Assembly: GCA_903821695.1 (NCBI GenBank)
Contig: CAIJLX010000051.1
Coordinates: 8,300 to 72,299, forward strand
Length of the DNA stretch: 64,000 nt
Reading direction: 5' to 3'
Source: an uncultured Alphaproteobacteria bacterium
GTDB taxonomy: Bacteria > Pseudomonadota > Alphaproteobacteria > Rickettsiales > CAIJLX01
The notes beneath the pieces are model-generated. The model was not told where the DNA came from. It did no database searches and was given only the letters and a program-made list of their open reading frames with translations. The position numbers and the translations under genes are program-made. Positions 14,653 through 24,666 of this stretch are shown in pieces (the first letter of the stretch is position 1; every line of letters starts with the position of its first letter).

Positions 14653-15537
14653 CTAGAAATATAGTACGGATTCAGCCCGAATCAAGGAGACTAGTTTTTC
14701 TATTAACAGCTTGCGTGGAAAATGGCTGCGCGTGCAAAGCATGATCTTCCGCTTAAATGGTTGATTTTGAAACGGAATATACACAATGTCCGCATGCTCT
14801 TTACCAATCGCCAGTTGTGGCATCAGCGTCACCGCCACACCGCTTGCCACCATCTGCCGTAGCGTTTCGAGACTCGTCGCGCGGAAATTGTCCGTTTCCT
14901 TCGCCCCCACCCGCTGACAAAGTGCCAAAGCCTGATCCCGCAAACAATGCCCCTCATCCAGCAACAAGATAGGTTGTGCCGCAATATCTTCAGCCGTTAC
15001 CGTTTTCTTTTCCGCCAGCGCATGCCTACGTGGAACGGCCAATAAAAATGCTTCCGAAAAAAGTGATTTAGCGGCGATACCAGATTCCTCTACAGGCGCC
15101 GCGATAAATGCCGCATCCAGTTTTCCTTCTTTCAATTGACTCAGCAAAACATTGGTTTTTTCCTCTACCAGCAGTAATTTTAGCTTTGGAAACGCCGCGT
15201 TTATTTTGGGCACTACCAGCGGAAATAAATAAGGCGCCAATGTCGGAAATGCCCCCAGCCTCAACTCCCCCGCCAGCGGATCATTGCTTTCCTTGGCATA
15301 GGCAATGAGCTGATCCGTCTGCGCTAATATTTCCCGGGCTTTGGCGGCGATTTCATGGCCAGCCTCCGTCAACATTACTTGCTTTCCCCGTTCGATTAAG
15401 GTGACGCCGAGGGTCTCCTCCAGCTTTTTGAGCTGCATCGAAAGTGTCGGCTGGCTGACAAAACATGCCTCCGCCGCCCGTCCGAAATGGCGCAAATCTG
15501 CGACGGCAACGAGATATTTAAGATCGCGGAGGTTCAT
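14653..15537 (-). CDS. oxyR: Hydrogen-peroxide-sensing LysR regulator OxyR
   Basis: MNLRDLKYLVAVAD.RHFGRAAEAC.VSQPTLS; EGHCLRDQALALC with both redox Cys; divergent from ahpC. Confidence 0.93.
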   Translation of the reverse strand: MNLRDLKYLVAVADLRHFGRAAEACFVSQPTLSMQLKKLEETLGVTLIERGKQVMLTEAGHEIAAKAREILAQTDQLIAYAKESNDPLAGELRLGAFPTLAPYLFPLVVPKINAAFPKLKLLLVEEKTNVLLSQLKEGKLDAAFIAAPVEESGIAAKSLFSEAFLLAVPRRHALAEKKTVTAEDIAAQPILLLDEGHCLRDQALALCQRVGAKETDNFRATSLETLRQMVASGVAVTLMPQLAIGKEHADIVYIPFQNQPFKRKIMLCTRSHFPRKLLIEKLVSLIRAESVLYF

Positions 15538-15539
15538 TG

Positions 15540-15576
15540 ATAGATTATATCTATCGTTATTATAAAATCAATCGAT
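15540..15576. promoter_or_regulatory. OxyR binding site
   Basis: ATAG-N7-CTAT-N7-ATAA-N7-CGAT matches the ATAG-N7-CTAT-N7-ATAG-N7-CTAT OxyR consensus, in the oxyR/ahpC intergenic region. Confidence 0.8.
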
Positions 15577-15647
15577 TATACTTATAGAACTTCTCGGCAT
15601 ATAAACACTCTCAGAACCCACAACCAACCAACTAAAGGAGTTTTACT

Positions 15648-16187
15648 ATGTTAGGCATCGGCGCAAAGTTTCCAGAATTTAATCTGAAAGCAGCAGTTTC
15701 AAACGATATCACCACCGCATTCAAAGATATCACCAACAAAAGCTATAAAGGCAAATGGCTAGTCGTATTCTTCTGGCCAAAAGATTTCACCTTTGTGTGC
15801 CCTACCGAAATTGCGGAATTCGGCAAACTGAACAAAGATTTCGCCGATCGCGATGCGCAAGTATTGGGCGCAAGTATCGATAGTGAATTCGTGCACCTCG
15901 CATGGCGCCAGAACCACAAAGATCTAAATAATCTGCCCTTCCCAATGCTGGCTGATGTGAAGCGTGAGCTTTCTACCGCACTTGGCATTCTCGATCCCGC
16001 GGAAGGTGTCGCACAACGCGCAACCTATATCGTCGATCCGGAAGGCATCGTGCGCTTCGTGATGGTGACCGATTTAAATGTCGGCCGCAACGTGAAGGAA
16101 GTCATCCGCGTGCTGGATGCATTGCAGACCGATGAACTCTGCCCATGCAACTGGGAAAAAGGCAAAGACACGCTGAAGGTGGCCTAA
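15648..16187 (+). CDS. ahpC: Peroxiredoxin AhpC
   Basis: FFWPKDFTFVCPTEI, GRNV.E, ELCPCNW. Confidence 0.96.
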   Translation: MLGIGAKFPEFNLKAAVSNDITTAFKDITNKSYKGKWLVVFFWPKDFTFVCPTEIAEFGKLNKDFADRDAQVLGASIDSEFVHLAWRQNHKDLNNLPFPMLADVKRELSTALGILDPAEGVAQRATYIVDPEGIVRFVMVTDLNVGRNVKEVIRVLDALQTDELCPCNWEKGKDTLKVA

Positions 16188-16192
16188 AGGCC

Positions 16193-16241
16193 GATGAGGG
16201 ATGAATGGATGAGTGATAAGCTAATCCGTTCATCCCTCATC
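16193..16241 (+). other. Intercistronic stem-loop between ahpC and ahpD (mRNA stability or partial terminator)
   Basis: GATGAGGGATGAATGGAT-loop-ATCCGTTCATCCCTCATC, an 18-bp stem with one G-U pair and no U-tract. Confidence 0.65.
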
Positions 16242-16273
16242 CAATCATCTTTCATCACATTTTGGAGAAACCT

Positions 16274-16798
16274 ATGTCGCTCGAACAACTCAAAGATCAA
16301 TTACCCGATTATGCCAAAGATATACGCCTTAATCTAAGCAGTGTCTTAACTGCCGAAGGCGCAACAGATTTGAGCATCAACCAAATTCACGGCGTTGCAC
16401 TTTCTTCCGCCTATGCCACACGGAATCAGACAGTGATTGCGGCAATCAAAGCCGAAGTGTCACTCTCCGATGCCGAACATGAGGCAGCTAAAGCCGCCGC
16501 AACCATTATGGGCATGAACAATATTTATTACCGCTTCGTGCATTTAGTGGGCGATGAAGAATACAAAAAAATGCCCGCCAAACTCCGCATGAACGTGATC
16601 GGGGCCCCCGGCATTCCAAAAGTGGATTTTGAGCTTTATTCACTCGCCGTTTCCGCCATCAACGGCTGCGGCATGTGCATCGAAGCGCATAACCATGAAG
16701 TGTTAAAAGCCGGTGTAACGAAATTAGGCATCCAATCCGCCATCCGGATTGCAGCGGTAATTAACGCGACGGCCCAGGGGCTGGCGATTGCTGATTAA
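16274..16798 (+). CDS. ahpD: Alkylhydroperoxidase AhpD
   Basis: LPDYAKDIRLNL, MGMNNIYYR, LAVSAINGCGMCIEAH; GGAG RBS before ATG 16274. Confidence 0.94.
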   Translation: MSLEQLKDQLPDYAKDIRLNLSSVLTAEGATDLSINQIHGVALSSAYATRNQTVIAAIKAEVSLSDAEHEAAKAAATIMGMNNIYYRFVHLVGDEEYKKMPAKLRMNVIGAPGIPKVDFELYSLAVSAINGCGMCIEAHNHEVLKAGVTKLGIQSAIRIAAVINATAQGLAIAD

Positions 16799-17828
16799 CA
16801 AGGATAAGGTTTGCAGGATAAAGCTTGTTTAAATCTAAAGATGTGCCTGGTGGAAAGCGATACACAATAAATTTATCCTGTGAGAATCTTGCCTCACCGA
16901 GCCCATTCCCGAAAGTATATTGACGTTTGGCTGGAAATATATCTTTAAACATTTCAGGTGCGGATTCGGTATTTAGTACCGCATAGACATTTCCAGCACC
17001 GATTACCTTTCCAATACCATTTTTATTTACAGATAGTGAGGTGTAGGTATCAACCCCTACTCCGGTAAGCTCTGGGTGTTTTTCGATCATAGTGAGCAGC
17101 CGGCCTAGCCGCTCAAACTCGCCCAGATGCATGTCATAAATAGTATGAGGAAAAATGGCCAAGCCAGGATTCATTCTTGCTCGTACTTTTTCTGGCTCGT
17201 GTGAACGACCACCAGTAGGCATTATCTTTCCGATAAGCGCTGTTGAGGCGGAATTGGTGCCAATGACACAATTTCCTTCTTGTGCCGCTTTCATAAATGC
17301 TTCCAGTGTAAGTTTGCCAGCTTGCAGCGCATCCCACAGATCGTCCTGATCACCACCTGGCAAAAGGATTAAATCTGCGCGGGAAATTAAGGTCGCATTA
17401 TCTTTATCGTTATAGTCACCTATGTGACCGATATAATTCACCTTACTGGTTGGAGAAAGATAATTGATGATGCTTATATAGCGTGCACCCGTCTCATCTG
17501 CTTTCTGGCCAGATGCACCTGTAATAACAACAGTCGTAGGAGATTCTTTACCCGTTTGACGAAAACACTCCGCAAAATATCCATGTGCATCGACCGTTTC
17601 TTTAGAGAAAATACTAATCGGCGCATCACAGCGCACCACATCTGAATTTGGTGCAAATACCTCATCACCAACTGTGCCGCCACCGGCAATAATAAAATGA
17701 CTATGTTTTACTTTTGTTTGCGTCTGACGCTCCGCGCCAATTTCCTGCCCTATATTATTGCGAGCAGTTTCCGCACATAATGCCAAAGAGTTCAAAGATA
17801 AACCCAATAATCTCCGCCAGCCAATCAT
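16761..17828 (-). CDS. Divergent cyanophycinase / peptidase S51-like protein
   Basis: IIAGGG, ILLPGGDQ, VIGTNSAS (cf. GTSAG), DMHL..FERLGRL (cf. DQHF..RNRMGRL), GVGVDT.T. Confidence 0.7.
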   Translation of the reverse strand: MIGWRRLLGLSLNSLALCAETARNNIGQEIGAERQTQTKVKHSHFIIAGGGTVGDEVFAPNSDVVRCDAPISIFSKETVDAHGYFAECFRQTGKESPTTVVITGASGQKADETGARYISIINYLSPTSKVNYIGHIGDYNDKDNATLISRADLILLPGGDQDDLWDALQAGKLTLEAFMKAAQEGNCVIGTNSASTALIGKIMPTGGRSHEPEKVRARMNPGLAIFPHTIYDMHLGEFERLGRLLTMIEKHPELTGVGVDTYTSLSVNKNGIGKVIGAGNVYAVLNTESAPEMFKDIFPAKRQYTFGNGLGEARFSQDKFIVYRFPPGTSLDLNKLYPANLILVNQQSPAPGPSR

Positions 17829-17910
17829 GGATAAAGGCTCCTTTACTCATGTGACTATAATCCCAATTTGGTAAATAAATCGTTAAGCAAAACAGAAAGT
17901 TGGACTGAAT

Positions 17911-18273
17911 TTACTTTCTGCGCCAAAACACCAGAAAACCGGCAAAAAGTAGCCCAAATGGCCCGAACCATAGCAATAATGTGCCTATTTCCAGCGGCGG
18001 AGTAGTGGCAATTTCCGCGCCATAGCGGGTTTCTAGGTAGGCGATTATTTGGGCATCGGTGGCGCCAGCCGTGATTTTTTCGCGGATGAGTTTGCGCATG
18101 TCTTGGGCGATGGCGGCGTCGGATTCGCTTAAAGGCTGACCCTGGCAAACGACGCATTTGAGTTCGCGGAAGAGGGTTTGGGCGCGCGCTTCCTGGGCAG
18201 CATCAGGCAGGGTTTGGTCGATGGTGAAGGCGGAGAGGATGAGGATTAAACTGATGGCCAGAAGTTTGCTCAT
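17911..18273 (-). CDS. ccmH: Cytochrome c maturation protein CcmH (CycL)
   Basis: ELKCVVCQGQ..SES.A.IA.DMR; RYG; C-terminal TM LLWFGP. Confidence 0.92.
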   Translation of the reverse strand: MSKLLAISLILILSAFTIDQTLPDAAQEARAQTLFRELKCVVCQGQPLSESDAAIAQDMRKLIREKITAGATDAQIIAYLETRYGAEIATTPPLEIGTLLLWFGPFGLLFAGFLVFWRRK

Positions 18274-18764
18274 TTTAACCTGTCCAAAATATCATGCTCA
18301 ATTTGGTCTTCGGTCAGTGGCCCTTTGAAATGGGCGATGATGCGGCGGTCTTTGGAAATTAAAAAACTTTCCGGTGTACCGCTGATGCCTAATTCAAGCC
18401 CAAGCATACCATCGTCATAACCAATTTTTTGATAGGGGCTGCCCGCTTGCTTTAGCCAGGTCTGAAGCGCTTCCGGTTTATCTTTCCAGGCAACGCCATA
18501 AATCGGAATTTTTTTGGCGAGTTTGACCAATAACGGGTGCTCGATTTTACATGCCGCACACCAAGAGGCGGTGATATGAAGTAGCGATGCGCCCTTGATA
18601 TCGTTATTGCTAAGCCCATTGATGGCAAAGCTTGGCAAGGCCCGATCGACCACAACCGAAGGCGGCTGCGTAACCATTTTTAAGTTTTGCTGAAGCAAGG
18701 AATAGAGCATCGCCGCGAGTGCGATTAATAGGATGAGCGGAAGAAAATACACCCAACGTTTCAT
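18270..18764 (-). CDS. ccmG: Thiol:disulfide interchange protein CcmG/DsbE
   Basis: ASWCAACKIEHP, GTPESF; start moved to ATG 18764, overlapping the ccmF stop. Confidence 0.9.
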   Translation of the reverse strand: MKRWVYFLPLILLIALAAMLYSLLQQNLKMVTQPPSVVVDRALPSFAINGLSNNDIKGASLLHITASWCAACKIEHPLLVKLAKKIPIYGVAWKDKPEALQTWLKQAGSPYQKIGYDDGMLGLELGISGTPESFLISKDRRIIAHFKGPLTEDQIEHDILDRLK

Positions 18765-20590
18765 CGCTTCCTCCGAAGCGCAACGCCCAACGCGCCGCCA
18801 AGAGCCATCAACGCCGCGCCACCCCAAATGCCAAACATCATCGGCCGCCAATAAATGCGAACGGCGAAGCTATTATGTTTTAAATCGCGATCGCCGATCA
18901 CCAGATAGAGATCACCATTCCAACGTCTGGCTAATGCAGTCTCATTTGTCTTTTGCCCTTCCACAGGGAAATAGCGGGTTTGTGGATAGAGGTCGGAAAG
19001 GCGGCTGCCATATTGCGCGATGAAATGACCCTCGCGCGCAATGTAATTATCGCCATCGACCGCTTTTACTTCCTGTAATTTTATTTCGTAACCAGCGAAC
19101 TTCGTGGTGTCGCCGATTTTCATATTGAGTTCTTGCTGCGTGCCTAAGGCAAAATGGATAACAATAGAAAGTGCGACGATAGCAACGCCCACATGCGCAA
19201 GCCACATCGGCCAAATGTTTTTTTGGCGTGGAATATTGAGCGCCATGCTGATCACAAGCCATAAAGCACCCCATAGGCTTAAAAATGGAATGACTTCGTG
19301 AATAAAAATGAGGCAGATACCAAGCGCGATGATCGGCGGCAAGAGCATTTTCTGTTTCGGCTTATCCTTGCGCCAAGCAATTCCGCTGCCAATGGCGCAG
19401 AGTGCTAATGTAAGGCCTGCGATAGGATTAAAGGTTGTATTGAAATACGGTGTGCCGACAGAAATAGAACCGAGATTGAAGGCATGCATGAATAATGGAT
19501 AGAGCGTGCCGATTAAAACGGTGACGCATAATGTCATCAGCAATAAATTATTGAGTAGCAAAAAACCTTCGCGGGAGAAGAGGCCGTAATTTTCGGTTGG
19601 CTTGATGCGTGCACCGTTCATCGCAAACAATACAAATGCGCTACCGATAAAAATCGTCAGCAATAATAAAATGCCTAATCCGCGGCCGGGATCTAACGCG
19701 AAACTATGCACCGAACTGAGCACACCGGAACGCACAAGAAAAAACCCGATGAGACCTAATGCAAACGTCAGAACCGCTAGCATAATAGACCAACGAATTT
19801 GTGCGCCCTGCACTTCAACGACGCGCAAACTATGAATAAGTGCGGTACCGGCAAGCCATGGAAGCAGCGATGCGTTTTCGACCGGATCCCAGAACCAGAA
19901 ACCGCCCCACCCTAATTCGCGATACGCCCACCAACTGCCGAGTGTGATGCCTATAGTGAGCAACACCCACGCAATTTGCATGTAGGGGCGCAATTCTTTT
20001 GCCCAGCGTTTCGCATCTTTGGGCAACATCAAAACGGCAACAGCGTGGCTGAAGGCAAGCGAGAAAAAAACATAACCCGCATACAGCATCGGCGGATGCA
20101 TCGCGAGGCCGATATCCTGCAAAATAGGGTTAAGACCGTTGCCTTCAAAAGGCGTTGGGAATAAACGAACGAAGGGATTGGAGGTGAAGATGGTGAAGGC
20201 TGAAAAACCGGCAATCAGCGCACCTTGGCTGCCCAATACGCGCAACATGAAAGGGCTTTTTTGACGGAAGGCGAAGAAAAGATAAAGACAGCTAAGTGCG
20301 GCTAGAAACCAGGTGAATAAAAGGATTGAGCCTTCGTGATTCGCCCATGTGCCCGAAATTTTATAGATAAGTGGTTTGCTGCTGTGGGAATGTTCCGCCA
20401 CCAACTCCACCGAAAAATCAGAGATAGCGAAAGAATAGACCAATGCGCCGAAGGCAAGGCTTGCTAAAATGCCCGAAACAATTGTCGCAGCGCAGACATA
20501 TTCTTTGTATTTCCCGAACAGGCCAAAGGTCTGCACCAATCCCATCAATAGCAATAATTGCAAACAAGTTGCGCCGATAAGCGGTATCAT
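18761..20590 (-). CDS. ccmF: Heme lyase CcmF
   Basis: W.NHEGS, HPPMLYAGY, WAYRELGWGGFWFWDPVENAS, SVHSFA. Confidence 0.97.
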   Translation of the reverse strand: MIPLIGATCLQLLLLMGLVQTFGLFGKYKEYVCAATIVSGILASLAFGALVYSFAISDFSVELVAEHSHSSKPLIYKISGTWANHEGSILLFTWFLAALSCLYLFFAFRQKSPFMLRVLGSQGALIAGFSAFTIFTSNPFVRLFPTPFEGNGLNPILQDIGLAMHPPMLYAGYVFFSLAFSHAVAVLMLPKDAKRWAKELRPYMQIAWVLLTIGITLGSWWAYRELGWGGFWFWDPVENASLLPWLAGTALIHSLRVVEVQGAQIRWSIMLAVLTFALGLIGFFLVRSGVLSSVHSFALDPGRGLGILLLLTIFIGSAFVLFAMNGARIKPTENYGLFSREGFLLLNNLLLMTLCVTVLIGTLYPLFMHAFNLGSISVGTPYFNTTFNPIAGLTLALCAIGSGIAWRKDKPKQKMLLPPIIALGICLIFIHEVIPFLSLWGALWLVISMALNIPRQKNIWPMWLAHVGVAIVALSIVIHFALGTQQELNMKIGDTTKFAGYEIKLQEVKAVDGDNYIAREGHFIAQYGSRLSDLYPQTRYFPVEGQKTNETALARRWNGDLYLVIGDRDLKHNSFAVRIYWRPMMFGIWGGAALMALGGALGVALRRKR

Positions 20591-21039
20591 GGTTTGATGC
20601 CTTTAGTTTGCACTTGCTGTTTCCAGTGTCCGGACTTTTTAATCGCCGCAGCAACTTCCGGCGGCATATAATTTTCATCATGCTTTGCCAGCAAATTAGT
20701 GGCGATAAATTGTCCGTTTATGAAATTACCTTCGGCCACAATCCCCTGCCCTTCGCGGAACAAACCGGGCGTGATGCCCTGATAGGTGATGTGGATTGTG
20801 TGTGCGGTATCAGTGACCTCAAACTCAATTTTATCTTTTTCTTTTTTGACCGATTTTTCGACTACTAATCCGCCAATGCGGATGCGCTGTTCGGGCCCCG
20901 GCTTTTTTACGAGTAGTTCAGAAGGACTATAGAAAAACACGATATTTTCTTTGAGCGCCGAGAGAATCAACATCACGCCGATGCTCACAGAAATGAGCGC
21001 AATCAATAGGTAAATGAAGCGTTTATATTTTGGTTTCAT
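20587..21039 (-). CDS. ccmE: Heme chaperone CcmE
   Basis: FFYSPSE, RIGGLV, PGLFREGQG, LAKHDENYMPPE; start at ATG 21039. Confidence 0.95.
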   Translation of the reverse strand: MKPKYKRFIYLLIALISVSIGVMLILSALKENIVFFYSPSELLVKKPGPEQRIRIGGLVVEKSVKKEKDKIEFEVTDTAHTIHITYQGITPGLFREGQGIVAEGNFINGQFIATNLLAKHDENYMPPEVAAAIKKSGHWKQQVQTKGIKP

Positions 21040-21151
21040 TGCGGGCTTTTTTATACGCACGCGCGACAGCAAATACAAGCCCAGCCAAAGCAATAATGGC
21101 AAGCGCATAAGCGGCGATTACAAAATCAACATGAGGAGCGTTTAAGTCCAT
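21023..21151 (-). CDS. ccmD: Heme exporter protein CcmD (42 aa, not in the ORF track)
   Basis: Manual translation MDLNAPHVDFVIAAYALAIIALAGLVFAVARAYKKARNETKI: FV.AAY motif, one TM and a basic tail, directly upstream of ccmE. Confidence 0.8.
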   Translation of the reverse strand: MDLNAPHVDFVIAAYALAIIALAGLVFAVARAYKKARNETKI

Positions 21152-21166
21152 GCCGTATTTATAGCG

Positions 21167-21892
21167 TTACTGAATGCATTGTACATTGATAATATAACGC
21201 TGCCCTGCCTCGAATTTTTGCTCATCCGTCATAGGCTGAAAATTGAGCATGTTGCTGTAACTGACAAAATTGGCCTGCAGAAAACGGGTCACGACCGGCA
21301 GGTTAATCGCGATATCGGAGGATTGCTCCGCCGTGCGACTTAATTCCTGCTGTGTGCCATCTCTTAGCTCTCTATATTTTACCTGCACGAAACTCACTCT
21401 GCCGCGCACAACGCCAATGACGTTGCCGAATTGATCGAGCAACGGACCGCCGCTATTTCCATGTTGCAATGCTTGCGTAAATTGTAGCCAGCCTGTTTGC
21501 CCGGAAGGACCTTTGGTGTCGATAATTTGGGCGGTACGCATGCGATATTGATCGGCTCGTCCATTTTCTGCCGGAAAACCGATGACGGTCACTTCATCTC
21601 CCGGTTTCAAATTCTGCTCATAACGCATCGTCGCAATATAACCCGGCTTTTTATTGGCCTCGAGCAACGCAAGATCATTCTCTTCATCGACCGCCTTTAG
21701 CACCGCATCCACCGTTTCATCGGCTGATCTAACGCGGATCGATTTACAGTTTTGCACTACGTGATTATTGGTAATCACATGTCCATCGGGGCTTACATAA
21801 AATCCGGTGCCACTTGAAATGGTGATCATCTCTGCATCTGCTGAAAAGCAGAATAAAACCACTAATGCCGCGAGATAAAATCTATTTACCAT
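21167..21892 (-). CDS. Secreted trypsin-like (S1) serine protease
   Basis: Signal peptide; SGTGF, TNNHVV, DLALL, GNSGGPL (complete His/Asp/Ser triad); no PDZ domain. Confidence 0.88.
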   Translation of the reverse strand: MVNRFYLAALVVLFCFSADAEMITISSGTGFYVSPDGHVITNNHVVQNCKSIRVRSADETVDAVLKAVDEENDLALLEANKKPGYIATMRYEQNLKPGDEVTVIGFPAENGRADQYRMRTAQIIDTKGPSGQTGWLQFTQALQHGNSGGPLLDQFGNVIGVVRGRVSFVQVKYRELRDGTQQELSRTAEQSSDIAINLPVVTRFLQANFVSYSNMLNFQPMTDEQKFEAGQRYIINVQCIQ

Positions 21893-24512
21893 CCGCGATT
21901 TCTTTCAATTGGTAAATCAAATCCAATGCATCACGTGGCGAAAGCGAATCCGCATTTACCGATTCCAACATGCTATCCAGTTTGCTTTTTTGCACCGGAG
22001 GTTGCGCAGTAAACAGGGGCAGATCTCCCGAAAGTTGGTTTAATTTTTGATGGTTTTTATCTGTCTCCAACAACGCCAATACTTCCGATGCTCGTTTAAT
22101 CACCGGCTTTGGCAAACCAGCCAGTTTCGCGACATGCACGCCATAGGAACGATCCGCATTGCCCTTCACAACTTCATATAAAAACACGACATCACCATTC
22201 CATTCTTTCACACGCACGGTGTGGCAGGAAAGTGCAGGTAGCGATGCGGCGAGTGCGGTGAGTTCGTGGTAATGCGTTGCAAATAATCCCCGGCATTTGT
22301 TGGTGTGGTGCAGATGTTCAAGTACGGCCCAGGCGATCGATAATCCATCATAAGTCGAAGTGCCGCGACCTATTTCATCGAGGATGACTAAGGAATGTGG
22401 TGTGGCTTGATGCAAGATTGCAGCGGTTTCAAACATTTCGACCATGAAGGTAGAGCGGCCACGCGCCAAATCATCCGCTGCACCCACACGGCTGAATACC
22501 CGATCTACGACACCGATATGAGCGGATTCGGCAGGAACGAAACTGCCCATTTGCGCGAGGATGACGATCAATGCGTTTTGGCGGAGGAACGTACTTTTAC
22601 CCGCCATATTGGGACCAGTCATCAGCCAGAGGCGCTGCTGGCCCGATAAATCACAATCATTGGCGACGAAATTATTTTGGGTGAAGGCTTCGACCACCGG
22701 GTGCCGCGCATTAATAATATTAAACGCAGTCGAGTGATCGATTTTTGGGCGGCAATAATTTTTCTCGGCAGCAAGCGCTGCGAGACTGCTTGATACATCT
22801 AATGTCGCGAGTGCTTGTGCGCTTAGGCGAATGGTTTCGGCTTGTTTGATGGCATTTACAATCAGCTCTTCGAATAATTGGAGTTCGAGAGAGAGCGAAA
22901 ATTCTTTGGCTTGGATGAGGCGCTGTTCGAGCTCCTTCATTTCTGGCGTGCTATAACGCACCGCGCCAGCCATGGTTTGACGGTGGACGAATGGGGCAGA
23001 CATTTTGTCGATATGTTGGGCGCTCACTTCGACATACATGCCGATCACATTATTTTCGCTGAGCTTTAAATTATTAATGCCGGTTTCTTTGCGATAACGA
23101 TCACGGAGTTTTAGTTTTGCTTCTTCACTATGGTCACGCGCCTCGCGATACTGATCGAGTGTTGGGTTATAACCTGCACGGATAAAATTGCCTTCACGGG
23201 CGTGATATGGCACTTGATCCGCCATTGCCGATTCTAGCAAAAATAACAGTTCACTGTGATTGCCCAATTGCTCGATTAATCCTGAAATTGCTGGCGGTGC
23301 ATCGCTGCCATTTACCGCGAACACACCCGCAATCAACATGGCCTGCTTCAAGCCAAAGCGAATGGAGAGCATATCTTTTGGCGTGCCACGGCTCATCATT
23401 AGACGCGATAATGCGCGCTCCATATCCGGCAGACCTTGCAGATGTTGGCGCACTGCATCGCGTATTGGAGATTGCTCGACAAAGTAAGCCACACGATTCA
23501 GCCGTGCATCAATCGCGCCGGCATCCAGCAACGGTGCATAAAGATGTTGCCGCAATAAGCGTGTGCCTGCGGCGGTAACGGTTTTATCGATCACCGAAAG
23601 CAGACTGCCGATCGCTTGACCAGAAGTTGTCATGCCTAGTTCAAGATTACGGCGAGTGGCGGCATCCATACCCATGAAACGTTCGCGTTCGAAACGTTGT
23701 GGCAGATTAAGCGAAGGCAAATTATCGCGCTGGGTAATTTGTATATATTCCAATATCGCACCACACGCCGCAATCTCTGGCGGTGTCACTGCATGGCGTA
23801 AAGATTCGGCGAGTGCACCATAAAATTGCTCCAGTGAGCGTTCGGCTTTGGCGGCCGCGAAGAAACTAATCACTTGTGGCGAGAGCGCTTGTTTATATTC
23901 TTTCAGCACTTGCCAGATCGCATCATCCTTCATCAAATTTTCAGGAAATAATAATTCCTTGGGGCTGATGCGTGAGAGATCGGATGACAGTGATTCCGGC
24001 GTAGTGGTCGACATATAAAATTCGCCGGTAGTAATATCGGTATATGCCAATGCCCAACCGGATTTATCTTTTACCAGCGCGGCGAGATATTGCGATGCTT
24101 TCGCTTCGACCATCGTTTCTTCGGTCAATGTGCCGGGTGTTAAAATACGCACCACTTCACGGCGGACGACGGCTTTATAGCCCCGTTTCTTTGCTTCTTT
24201 CGGATCTTCCATCTGCTCACAGAGCGCAAGCTTAAACCCCTGGCGCATGAGTTTTTCGATATAGGCATCGGCGGCATGATGCGGCACCCCGCACATCGGA
24301 ATATCAGCCCCCGCTTGTTTGCCACGACGGGTTAGCGCGATGTCCAGTGCCTTACTTGCTGCAATCGCATCATCAAAAAATATTTCGAAAAAATCACCCA
24401 TTTGAAACAACACCAAGCAATCCGGATGCTGCGCTTTTACCGCGAGATATTGCTGCATCGCGGGGGTCACATCTTCAGGCTGTGGCATGGGAAGGGCGGT
24501 CATTATGTTCAT
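21882..24512 (-). CDS. mutS: DNA mismatch repair protein MutS
   Basis: TPAMQQY, FQMGDFFE.FF.DA, TGPNMAGKSTFLRQ, STFMVEM, DEIGRGTST, SYG.HVA. Confidence 0.97.
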   Translation of the reverse strand: MNIMTALPMPQPEDVTPAMQQYLAVKAQHPDCLVLFQMGDFFEIFFDDAIAASKALDIALTRRGKQAGADIPMCGVPHHAADAYIEKLMRQGFKLALCEQMEDPKEAKKRGYKAVVRREVVRILTPGTLTEETMVEAKASQYLAALVKDKSGWALAYTDITTGEFYMSTTTPESLSSDLSRISPKELLFPENLMKDDAIWQVLKEYKQALSPQVISFFAAAKAERSLEQFYGALAESLRHAVTPPEIAACGAILEYIQITQRDNLPSLNLPQRFERERFMGMDAATRRNLELGMTTSGQAIGSLLSVIDKTVTAAGTRLLRQHLYAPLLDAGAIDARLNRVAYFVEQSPIRDAVRQHLQGLPDMERALSRLMMSRGTPKDMLSIRFGLKQAMLIAGVFAVNGSDAPPAISGLIEQLGNHSELLFLLESAMADQVPYHAREGNFIRAGYNPTLDQYREARDHSEEAKLKLRDRYRKETGINNLKLSENNVIGMYVEVSAQHIDKMSAPFVHRQTMAGAVRYSTPEMKELEQRLIQAKEFSLSLELQLFEELIVNAIKQAETIRLSAQALATLDVSSSLAALAAEKNYCRPKIDHSTAFNIINARHPVVEAFTQNNFVANDCDLSGQQRLWLMTGPNMAGKSTFLRQNALIVILAQMGSFVPAESAHIGVVDRVFSRVGAADDLARGRSTFMVEMFETAAILHQATPHSLVILDEIGRGTSTYDGLSIAWAVLEHLHHTNKCRGLFATHYHELTALAASLPALSCHTVRVKEWNGDVVFLYEVVKGNADRSYGVHVAKLAGLPKPVIKRASEVLALLETDKNHQKLNQLSGDLPLFTAQPPVQKSKLDSMLESVNADSLSPRDALDLIYQLKEIADGK

Positions 24513-24557
24513 TATAGAAAGTCACGTTTGAGATGCAACCCTGGGCGCCGGCGCTTG

Positions 24558-24569
24558 TGCAGTGCAGCA
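24558..24569 (+). promoter_or_regulatory. Putative PhaR-like operator upstream of maeB
   Basis: TGCAGTGCAGCA; similar sites lie upstream of pdhA and gdh. Confidence 0.45.
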
Positions 24570-24666
24570 TAATAACTAGGGTTTTCAAGGGTTTTAACGT
24601 TTGACAAGGGGGGTAAATTTGTTACTTATCTTGCTCCTCACATAATTTTATATAAGCGAAGAGACA

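Noticed and set aside
16193-16241. Independent sRNA between ahpC and ahpD
   Set aside because: No separate promoter or terminator; simpler to read as an intercistronic stability hairpin.
14653-16798. oxyR-ahpCD as a novel system
   Set aside because: A well-known arrangement with a canonical OxyR box.
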